From an uncultured Chloroflexia bacterium (GTDB lineage: Bacteria; Chloroflexota; Anaerolineae; Anaerolineales; UBA4823): a DNA stretch of 64,000 nucleotides. This document shows, in pieces, positions 38,720 through 46,862 of this stretch (positions are counted from its first letter, which is position 1; each line of letters starts with the position of its first letter). Made by a program: the position numbers and the translations under genes. The stretch is from contig CAWCPR010000019.1 of assembly GCA_963797475.1 (NCBI GenBank), forward strand, positions 186,987 to 250,986, read 5' to 3'. Below the pieces are notes generated by a model. That model made no database searches. It had not been told where the DNA came from and saw only the letters and a program-made list of their open reading frames with translations.

Positions 38720-39196
38720 CTACGGTTCAACGGGGTATCCAGCCTGCTTCCAAGATTCGAACCCCCCCTTTATTGGCGTTACCTGGGTGAAACCATTGTC
38801 TAACAAGATGCGCGCCGCACCGGCGCTGGACTGTTCAGCAGGTCAAGTGCAATAGGGGATTATCCACTGATTCGGGTCCAGCTCACTCAATCGATTGGTC
38901 AGCTCAGCGCCTGAAATGGATAAAGCACCTGGAATGTGACCTTGCGAATAATAAGGTTCTCCGCGCACATCCACAAATACGGCCGTTTTCATATCGTACG
39001 CAGCCTTCGCATCTTTCAGACTGACACGTGGGATCTCCGGATAAGGGATTTGCTCGGACACTTGTGTCGGTGCAACGGTTTCGGAAGGCCCCAAGGGATT
39101 GTTCAAAAAAACAACAACTGCACCAGCTAAAAGAATTAGCCCTATCCCTACCAAAATGATCGGCCATAAAGAAACCGGTTTGCGTTGGCTTGCCAT
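38720..39196 (-). CDS. membrane-anchored single-domain rhodanese with in-frame TGA (38843-38845) at the catalytic-Cys position; candidate selenoprotein or nonsense pseudogene
   Basis: ATG at 39196 follows GAGGAG. TM is LWPIILVGIGLILLAGAVVVF. The rhodanese body ...VFVDVRGEPYYSQGHIPGA...IIPYCT-TGA-PAEQSSAGAARILLDNGFTQVTPIKGGFESWKQAGYPVEP stays in the same frame to TAG at 38720. Confidence 0.6.
38812..38826 (-). promoter_or_regulatory. SECIS-like hairpin candidate 16 nt downstream of the in-frame UGA
   Basis: The mRNA reads GCGCC-GGUGC-GGCGC: five G:C pairs and a 5-nt loop containing GGU. A possible lower stem is AACA/UGUU. Confidence 0.35.
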
Positions 39197-39254
39197 TAAA
39201 TCTCCTCGCGCACAGGAACTGTTGAGGTGACCAACTAAATTCAACAACTGCCGA

Positions 39255-41603
39255 TCATACCATATCCTGATATTGGTAGTTAAGTAACCTGAGCGCATTT
39301 AGAATTACGATTAACGTGCTGCCCTCATGGATAACAATCGCGACTCCAATTCCTGCCAATCCGGCGAGAGAAAACCCGCTTAACACGACGATAACTCCCA
39401 ACGCAAGAATGAGATTTTGGCGAATGATATTTTGCGCCGATCGCCCCAAGCCTATTGAAAATGGCAATTTCGTGAGTTCAGGAGCCATAAGGACGACATC
39501 CGCTGTTTTTAGCGCGACATCTGTGCCGGCCCCTCCAAGGGCGATCCCGATCGTAGCATTTGCCAGGGCAGGCGCATCGTTAATGCCATCTCCGACCATA
39601 GCGACAATTTGATGCGAATGAACCAATTCACTGACCGCATCCACCTTATCAGCCGGCATTAAATTGGCTCGGTAATCACTTACTCCCAACTCGGCAGCGA
39701 TCCTGGCTGCGGTTTGAGCATTATCCCCCGACAAGATAATATTTTTATGGATGCCCAGTCTATTCAGGGCAGCCAGCGTTTTGGCAGCCTCATCTCGAAG
39801 GACGTCGGCTACGGCAATAACCCCCCAGATTTCAAACTCAACGCCGATCAATATCGCTGATTTTCCTTGCTCTTCTAATTCGTCCAACTGGATTTGAATT
39901 CGATCCTCAATTCTTACTCCCAGATCTGTGAATAGGCTCTGGTTCCCAACTCGAATTTTCCTGCCATCTACCACGCCAATCAATCCGCGCCCGGTGATAG
40001 ACTGTACTTGATTGGATTGCGGAATAGGAAGCTGGCGCAGGTTAGCCGCTCTCAGGAATGCGGGCGCGAAAGGGTGGGCAGATCGAGCCTCGATCGCTGC
40101 AGTTATCGCTAACAAGTCGGATTCACTCAGCGTCGAAAAAGAAAATATATCCGTAACTTCCGGTTCTCCTCGGGTCAAAGTCCCAGTTTTATCAAAGGCA
40201 ATGGCTCGCAATCGCCCCAGATTTTCAAGGTGAACTCCGCCTTTAATCAGGATTCCGTTTCTGGCAGCTTGAGCGATACCGGCGAGGATCGCTGCAGGGG
40301 TGCCTAAAACCAACGCACAAGGAGAAGCAGCTACCAACAAGGTCATCGCACGTAAGAATGAGTTCGCAATGGGCACCCCAAATAGAGGCGGGACCATAAT
40401 TACGAGAAGATCAGCGATTAAAACTGCTGGGACAAAATACCTGGAAAACTTTTCCGTAATCTGCTCGGTTGGCGATTTCTGCGCTTGAGCTGCCTCGACC
40501 ATCTTCATCACTTGAGATAAGGTGCTGTCCCTTGCCAGTCGAGCAACGCGCACCTCCAGTACACCATCCCCATTGAGAGAACCGGCAAATACCGCTGCGC
40601 CTGGCCCTTTCTCGATGGGAATCGATTCCCCTGTAATAGAAGATTGATCAATTCCTGATCGCCCGCGTGTGATTTCCCCATCAACCGGTAACCTGACTCC
40701 AGGTTTTAACACCACGATATCCCCGATACGCAGCTTTTCCACCGGCGTTAAGATCTCCTCACCTTCACGCAGCACCAGAGAGGTTCTCGGGATCAGATTT
40801 TCAAGGGATCTAACCGCATTTCGAGCCTTATCTAAGGCATAGCCTTCCAGAGCATGCCCCAGGCTGAATAAAAACAGGAGCAAAGCCCCCTCGGCGAAAT
40901 CCCCCAAGACCGCTGCACCGAAAGCCGCAAAAACCATCAGCAAATCGGTATCTAAACGGCGCTCCCGAACTGCTTGCAAACCATGCCGGGCTACATGATA
41001 CCCCCCGAAAGCAAATGCTCCAAGGTATGATATCAAAGAGATTGGAGCAGAAAACACACCGAATTGGCTGCCCAACCAGCCGAGGCCCAATGTCCATCCG
41101 GATGCCAGGCTGAGAATTAACTCATTATTTTTTGATAGCCACTCCCGAAGGCCATACGATCTCACGTGATAACCAAGCTGATTCACCCGTTTATGGATGG
41201 AAGTTTCATTGGTTTTCCGAGAATCGTACTCAATTCTTAGCTTTTGATTTTCGAAACTGACGTCAACGCTCAGGACGCCTTCCAATCTGCCCAGGCTGTG
41301 TTCAACCACTAAAGCGCAGTCCGAACAGTCCAGTCCTTCCAGGTCGAATTGTCGGTGGTGGTAGCGGTTCAATATTCCAGCCGCCGCCTTTCTCGCGACC
41401 CGCTCAACGTCCGCGTCAGATACAACAGCCGGATCATAGTGTAAACAAATCCTTACAGGAGAGATGCCTCGATTGATATGAACACGTGAAAATCCATGAC
41501 GGGCTTGCAGGGCCGTTTCCAGCCGTTTCACACATCCATCTTGGTCATCTTCAATACCGGGCAGTAAGCCTGGTATTGCAAGCTCAATGTTTTTTTCGGT
41601 CAT
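39255..41603 (-). CDS. heavy-metal-translocating P1B-type ATPase (SPC / HEGST motifs) with N-terminal HMA-like domains
   Basis: DKTGTLT, GDGINDAP, TM motif ASPCALVLGTP and HEGSTLIVILNALR. An N-terminal ferredoxin-like domain carries CSDC. Confidence 0.9.
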   Translation of the reverse strand: MTEKNIELAIPGLLPGIEDDQDGCVKRLETALQARHGFSRVHINRGISPVRICLHYDPAVVSDADVERVARKAAAGILNRYHHRQFDLEGLDCSDCALVVEHSLGRLEGVLSVDVSFENQKLRIEYDSRKTNETSIHKRVNQLGYHVRSYGLREWLSKNNELILSLASGWTLGLGWLGSQFGVFSAPISLISYLGAFAFGGYHVARHGLQAVRERRLDTDLLMVFAAFGAAVLGDFAEGALLLFLFSLGHALEGYALDKARNAVRSLENLIPRTSLVLREGEEILTPVEKLRIGDIVVLKPGVRLPVDGEITRGRSGIDQSSITGESIPIEKGPGAAVFAGSLNGDGVLEVRVARLARDSTLSQVMKMVEAAQAQKSPTEQITEKFSRYFVPAVLIADLLVIMVPPLFGVPIANSFLRAMTLLVAASPCALVLGTPAAILAGIAQAARNGILIKGGVHLENLGRLRAIAFDKTGTLTRGEPEVTDIFSFSTLSESDLLAITAAIEARSAHPFAPAFLRAANLRQLPIPQSNQVQSITGRGLIGVVDGRKIRVGNQSLFTDLGVRIEDRIQIQLDELEEQGKSAILIGVEFEIWGVIAVADVLRDEAAKTLAALNRLGIHKNIILSGDNAQTAARIAAELGVSDYRANLMPADKVDAVSELVHSHQIVAMVGDGINDAPALANATIGIALGGAGTDVALKTADVVLMAPELTKLPFSIGLGRSAQNIIRQNLILALGVIVVLSGFSLAGLAGIGVAIVIHEGSTLIVILNALRLLNYQYQDMV

Positions 41604-41693
41604 GATTCTTTTCGGCCTCCGGTAAAGACAATTTTCTGTGATGATGGGTTGGACAGAAAAGGTTTTCGATAGGATCGAACCCTTTCTGAACCA

Positions 41694-42014
41694 TTAACCA
41701 TAAAGAACATGGTCTAAACCGCGCCGGTAAAGATCTGAAATATGTTCGTCATCAAGCTCGTAAAAAACTTGCCGGCCTTTCTTCCGAGCTCTCACTAAAC
41801 GCATCTGCCTTAAACCGCGCAACTGGTGTGAAACCGCGGATTCGCTAAGACCGACGCCATCTGCCAGCGCTCCAACATTGAGTTCTTTATCAAATAAGGC
41901 AGAGATAATCCGGATCCGGCTGGGGTCGCTTAGAGCGCGGAATAGCTCTGCCAGACGAGAGGCTGTTTGCTCGTCCAGGATCGTGGTGAGGTCGGTAACC
42001 GCTTGTTTTTTCAT
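41694..42014 (-). CDS. ArsR/SmtB-family metalloregulator
   Basis: ATG at 42014 gives 106 aa: ...LFRALSDPSRIRIISAL...LNVGALADGVGLSESAVSHQLRGLRQMRLV. The track's longer 154-aa form is unsupported. Confidence 0.85.
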   Translation of the reverse strand: MKKQAVTDLTTILDEQTASRLAELFRALSDPSRIRIISALFDKELNVGALADGVGLSESAVSHQLRGLRQMRLVRARKKGRQVFYELDDEHISDLYRRGLDHVLYG

Positions 42015-42033
42015 TGCAACCCTTTTACAATAG

Positions 42034-42057
42034 TTGAATATATGCTCATATATTGAA
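42034..42057 (-). promoter_or_regulatory. 11-2-11 inverted repeat, candidate ArsR/SmtB operator
   Basis: TTGAATATATG-CT-CATATATTGAA has one mismatch per arm pair. It lies 20 nt upstream of the arsR ATG. Confidence 0.45.
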
Positions 42058-42178
42058 TGTATTATACCAAACAAACGCCATCCCCGCAAGGTTGAACTCG
42101 GAGCCTTAAAATAAAAAGCCAGGAGGGGGCAATTTTCAACCACCCTGCCGGCGATCAATTATTAACAAGGTTAAGGAA

Positions 42179-43141
42179 TTACCGTCGAACCAGGTTCGAT
42201 AAGAAGAACCAAACATTCGCCGGGCGCTCGGCCAGGCGCCGTGTATAGTACGGGTACCACTCGGTGCCGTAAGGGACATAGACACGCACTGGATACCCCT
42301 CAGCGACAAGCTGCTCCTGCAAGTCCCTGCGGATGCCATAGAGCATTTGGAATTCCAACCCTTGTGGCGCTAACCCAATTTTCTTTGCGTATTTTTTTAC
42401 ATGCTGGATTCGTTCAAGATCGTGGGTAGCTATCCCTGGGAGGGGAGGAATTTTTTGATCCGGGCTGATCGGTTCAGTGCCGTGGTGCAGCGAACTGTCC
42501 AACAAACACTCAGCCAGGTGGTCATAATTGGCATCCACGTCCTCTTTTTTAGGAAATGCGATCTCGACTGGCTCTTTATAGGCCCCTTTACATAAACGCA
42601 CACGTCCGCCGGCTTCACAAATTTGATGGAGATCCTGCTCACTGCGATAAAGATAAGCTTGAATGACGACACCCACAACGGCTTCTCCGTATATGACTGC
42701 CATTTTTCGATAAAGTTTTAGGGTTACATCCGTCCAGGGCAAATCTTCCATATCGATGCGCACAAAGTTACCTTTTTCTCTGGCGCATTCCAAAATCCTG
42801 GCCAGATTCCTTTCACATAGACTGGTTTCTAAAGCCATCCCGATTTGTGTAAGCTTGATGGAAACATTGGCGCGTACACCCGAGCTATCGATTGCATCTA
42901 ACAACGTCAGGATGGATTGGGTGGCGGTTAGCGCCTCATCCGGCGTCGTCGTGTGTTCCCCAAGATGATCCAGTGTAGCGTTTATGCCACGTTCATTCAA
43001 AACACGAACGGCCTGAATCGCATCATCCAGGTTTTCCCCGGCTACGAATCGAGAGGCAGCTCGCCAGGCAAACGCCCACCGAGTGACAACGTGCCGCGCC
43101 CAGGCGGCCTTTGAAAGATAGATTAACAATGAGCGAAGCAT
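42179..43141 (-). CDS. proline dehydrogenase (monofunctional)
   Basis: RLCKGAY, FQMLYGI, YVPYGTEWYPYYTRRLAERPAN. Confidence 0.8.
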   Translation of the reverse strand: MLRSLLIYLSKAAWARHVVTRWAFAWRAASRFVAGENLDDAIQAVRVLNERGINATLDHLGEHTTTPDEALTATQSILTLLDAIDSSGVRANVSIKLTQIGMALETSLCERNLARILECAREKGNFVRIDMEDLPWTDVTLKLYRKMAVIYGEAVVGVVIQAYLYRSEQDLHQICEAGGRVRLCKGAYKEPVEIAFPKKEDVDANYDHLAECLLDSSLHHGTEPISPDQKIPPLPGIATHDLERIQHVKKYAKKIGLAPQGLEFQMLYGIRRDLQEQLVAEGYPVRVYVPYGTEWYPYYTRRLAERPANVWFFLSNLVRR

Positions 43142-43346
43142 AGATGGTTCCCAGCCAAACGACGGTCTAGATAGCGAGTCAGATTTTCATATGTCGTGGT
43201 GGATTGTGTGCAGGATATCTCTTTTTATTTCTGATTTTAACACACTCCGCAAGCTCTCGACGATCACTAAAAGTCAGCATTTTATGCGACAAAAGACACA
43301 AATCCTTTATAAGGCGATTTAGGGAAAGATTAATAATTAAATAGGT

Positions 43347-43362
43347 AGGCACAAAACTTGCA
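43347..43362 (+). promoter_or_regulatory. sigma-54-type -24/-12 promoter candidate AGGCAC-N5-TTGCA upstream of rpoN (overlaps a TAGGCA-N17-TATAAT sigma-70-like element)
   Basis: GG at 43348-49 and GC at 43360-61 have canonical spacing. It ends 36 nt before the rpoN ATG. TATAAT is at 43369-43374. Confidence 0.5.
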
Positions 43363-43398
43363 ACCATTTATAATTGATCCTATTCTCAGGAAACGAAA

Positions 43399-44808
43399 AT
43401 GCTATTACAAACACAAAATCACTCCTTACGTCCATTAACGACTGCGCATCTGGCGCAGACGATGACCCTGCTCGGGCTTCCGGCGCATGAACTCCGTCAA
43501 AAGATTAAATCTGAGCTGGCTTCCAATCCGGCGCTGGAATTAATTGAAGAGCGCCGCTGTCCGACCTGCCATCGACGCCTAAGTCACCGCGGGCCGTGCC
43601 TATTTTGCTCCCGCCCGAAAGCGACTGCAGGGGATCAACCGATTGTTTTCGTTTCCGCCAGAGAAGATGTTCGCAGTTATAAAGGCCGTTTTTCTACGGA
43701 TGAAGAGTTGCCCGATGAAGAATGGGCTGCAGCAACCGAAGAGCTGCCTGAATACGTGCTCAGACAAATTTCACCTGAGCTTGAGCCAGAGGACCGCCTG
43801 ATTGCAGCGCACATCCTCACCAGCCTGGATGACAACGGGCTTATGCCTGTTGAAATATTCGAAATTGCCCGTTATCACCACGTATTGATCTCTAAAGTCG
43901 AAAAAGTTCTCAATTTGATCCAACACGCAGACCCTATTGGCGTGGGATCTCCTTCTCCACAGCAGGCGCTCCTGGTACAAGCGCAAATCCTGGCGGAAAC
44001 GGGCGACATCAATCCATTGGTGGAGAAGGCGATCCGGGAGGGCATGGACTTACTCAGCCGGCGCGCATATCCGGAATTGGGCAGGAAGCTGGGTGTTTCC
44101 GCGGCGAAAGCGCATGAAATCGCATTGTTCATCGCGGATAATTTGAATCCATACCCCGGACATGCTCATTGGGGAGAAAGTCACACCAAAAGCGCCTCAC
44201 CGCTAACTTATAGCGAGCCAGACATTATCGTCTCACATTTAAACGATCCCGCCAGTTCACATCTGGTGGTTGAAATCTTATCTCCATACGCGGGCAGGCT
44301 ACGAGTTAACCCTCTTTTCCGTGAAGCTCTAACCAACGCTCCGGGTGAAAAAGCCGAACAATGGCAATCTGAAATCGACCAAGCCAGCTTACTGGTGAAG
44401 TGTCTGCAGCAACGCAACCATACTTTGGTGCGCTTAATGCAGCGAATGGTTGTAATCCAACGCGAATTCATCCTGCATGGGGATGCCCATCTGTTTCCAG
44501 TCACTCGCGCCCAACTGGCAGATGAGCTCGATGTTCATGAATCGACGATCTCCCGTGCAGTGTCCGGAAAAGCGCTTCAATTACCTAATCGTAAAATCAT
44601 CCCATTATCGAAACTTTTCGATCGCAGTCTGCATATACGTACCGCTCTTCGCCAAATTATCGATCAAGAATCGAAGCCGTTGAGCGACACCCAAATCAGC
44701 AAATTGTTGGATAAACAGGGATATTCGGTGGCGCGCCGAACTGTGGCAAAATACCGCTCTATGGAAGGAATTCTCCCAGCCCGCTACCGTCATTCAAACC
44801 AGGTATGA
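43399..44808 (+). CDS. rpoN: RNA polymerase sigma-54 factor with Cys4 zinc-ribbon-like insertion after region I
   Basis: Region I is LRPLTTAHLAQTMTLLGLPAHELRQKIKSELASNPALE. The C-terminal RpoN box is ARRTVAKYR. CPTC-x9-CLFC is at 43558-43608. Confidence 0.9.
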   Translation: MLLQTQNHSLRPLTTAHLAQTMTLLGLPAHELRQKIKSELASNPALELIEERRCPTCHRRLSHRGPCLFCSRPKATAGDQPIVFVSAREDVRSYKGRFSTDEELPDEEWAAATEELPEYVLRQISPELEPEDRLIAAHILTSLDDNGLMPVEIFEIARYHHVLISKVEKVLNLIQHADPIGVGSPSPQQALLVQAQILAETGDINPLVEKAIREGMDLLSRRAYPELGRKLGVSAAKAHEIALFIADNLNPYPGHAHWGESHTKSASPLTYSEPDIIVSHLNDPASSHLVVEILSPYAGRLRVNPLFREALTNAPGEKAEQWQSEIDQASLLVKCLQQRNHTLVRLMQRMVVIQREFILHGDAHLFPVTRAQLADELDVHESTISRAVSGKALQLPNRKIIPLSKLFDRSLHIRTALRQIIDQESKPLSDTQISKLLDKQGYSVARRTVAKYRSMEGILPARYRHSNQV

Positions 44809-44817
44809 AACTTCAAG

Positions 44818-46860
44818 ATGAGTTATCTTTCAAAGCTCTCTTTCGCAAACTTTAGCCCTAAACGTAATTCAAAAGCAGTTGAGATCGAAACCCTGCTCAA
44901 TTACATTCCCCATGCAGCCCTTCTGATCGATACTCAGACTGGACGAATAACCGGCGCTAATTATCGAGCAACCGAGCTGGTAGGAGCATCACCAACCGAG
45001 CTCAACAGGCTGAAAGCTGAAGAAGTGTTAGCCGGTTGGAATGAGCAATTTCCGCCTCAAAATCTGCTCCTCTCTCCTGATTTACCGCTCAACAATCCGA
45101 TTTGGCAGTCGAATTTAGAGTTGATTCAACGAGACGGTACAAGGATTAATATTCGCTTGACCCAAAAGGAGCTGCTGCCCAAAGATAGGCATATCCTGGT
45201 TATTTTTGACGCTGAGGATGATTTTAAAAATAACCGTTCTCAAATCCCTCAATCAACCTACATGTGGGAAAACTTGCTCAACCTGGCTGCTTCATCGCAA
45301 AAAACATCCTTCGAGCAAGGGATCAATCAAGCTTTGCAGGCTGGTCAGGTGCTTACCGAGGCAGGTATCCTGGCAGTCTATTATGCCAACGAACAAAACC
45401 CTGGTCTGGAGCGCTATTATGGGGTCGGCGAAACGGATAAACTACCCGAGCGCCTGTCACCACAGGACCTGACTCACCTGAACGTACCCTTCTTATGGAA
45501 ACCGAATGCCAGGTCACTCTCCAGCTTGCACCGGGCTGCTCGATCTTCAGGATTTTCCTACCTGGCTTCCAGTCCGCTGGGAAAGTCGACGGCATTGATT
45601 GGGCTATTGGTTGTGGCGGACCCCATAAAACAACCTGTCGAACAAATTCTCCCCTTCTTACAGCATGTTGGAACGACCATCACTGGCATCATCCAAAATT
45701 ACACCCGCTTCACCTCCATGGAAGAAACGCTCCAGAAACAAGCTTTGGACCTGGCGATTGCTGGTGCATTAGAGGAATCGGTTCTTGAAGGGTTGTTCGT
45801 CCTGACGCCGGATTTGTTAACATTGAAACTCAATCCAGCCGCTGAAGCGATGTTTGGATATTCTAACGAAGTTGCCCAAGGGCAGCCTGTTAAAAATATC
45901 CTGATCGGCTCGGAAACACTGCTTCCGGCATTGAAAGAAGCCCAACAAGGGAGCGGCACTTACGATCTTGGGAATATGCGCCTCTATCGCCGCAACGGCC
46001 AGGCTTTTTTGGCGCATTTACGCACGCTGCCAATATTGAAAAATGATTCTGTCGGCGGCATCATCGTCCTGATCCAGGACTTGAGCGAGCAAGAAGAGAT
46101 TAAAGAGCACACCCAACAATTAGAAAAGCGAGCATTGCTAGGAGAGTTCACCGCAATCTTCGCCCACGAGGTCAGAAACCCGATCAACAACATCAGCACC
46201 GGTTTGCAACTCATGGGGATGAACCTGCCCGAAGACGATCCGAACCAGGATGCGATCTCGCGCATGCAGCAGGATTGCGACCGGCTTGAAGATCTTATGA
46301 AATCAGTTCTTGCTATTTCCAAGCCTGCCGATTATGATATGGAAATCCTTAACCTGGAAATAGTCGTCCGGCGTCTACTCGAACGCATGCAACCGCGCAT
46401 GGTTAGGTTTAATGTGCAACCCCATCTCCAGGTAGAGCCCAACCTCCCGCCCGTACGCGGGAATTTACGGGCTTTGGAACAGGTGTTTAATAACCTGATC
46501 AACAATGCCGTTCAGGCAATGAGTGAAAAAGGCGGCCGGCTTGCACTTAAAATTCACCCCCTCAATACCTACCAGGATTTTGATTCGAGCCTGCCGCCAG
46601 GAGAAACACCCGAGCGGAAATCCTATTTAGAGGTAACTGTAGCCGATACCGGCCCGGGCATCCCGAAAGAATTGCAAGACAGGATCTTTCAAACGTTTTT
46701 CACCACAAACAAAGAAGGATACGGGTTGGGCTTGGCGATTGCCAAACGGATCGTTTTGGCTCACAAAGGAAATCTTTACGTCACCAGCTTCCCGGGCGGA
46801 ACGGTATTTCATGTGCAAATCCCCACGGCTGATGAACCTTACAACGATAAAACGAGGTAA
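44818..46860 (+). CDS. cytoplasmic multi-PAS/GAF sensor histidine kinase (NtrB-like core)
   Basis: H-box FAHEVRNPIN, N/G boxes (NLINNAVQAM, DTGPGIP, GYGLGLAI). No obvious TM segment. It starts 9 nt after rpoN. Confidence 0.85.
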   Translation: MSYLSKLSFANFSPKRNSKAVEIETLLNYIPHAALLIDTQTGRITGANYRATELVGASPTELNRLKAEEVLAGWNEQFPPQNLLLSPDLPLNNPIWQSNLELIQRDGTRINIRLTQKELLPKDRHILVIFDAEDDFKNNRSQIPQSTYMWENLLNLAASSQKTSFEQGINQALQAGQVLTEAGILAVYYANEQNPGLERYYGVGETDKLPERLSPQDLTHLNVPFLWKPNARSLSSLHRAARSSGFSYLASSPLGKSTALIGLLVVADPIKQPVEQILPFLQHVGTTITGIIQNYTRFTSMEETLQKQALDLAIAGALEESVLEGLFVLTPDLLTLKLNPAAEAMFGYSNEVAQGQPVKNILIGSETLLPALKEAQQGSGTYDLGNMRLYRRNGQAFLAHLRTLPILKNDSVGGIIVLIQDLSEQEEIKEHTQQLEKRALLGEFTAIFAHEVRNPINNISTGLQLMGMNLPEDDPNQDAISRMQQDCDRLEDLMKSVLAISKPADYDMEILNLEIVVRRLLERMQPRMVRFNVQPHLQVEPNLPPVRGNLRALEQVFNNLINNAVQAMSEKGGRLALKIHPLNTYQDFDSSLPPGETPERKSYLEVTVADTGPGIPKELQDRIFQTFFTTNKEGYGLGLAIAKRIVLAHKGNLYVTSFPGGTVFHVQIPTADEPYNDKTR

Positions 46861-46862
46861 TA

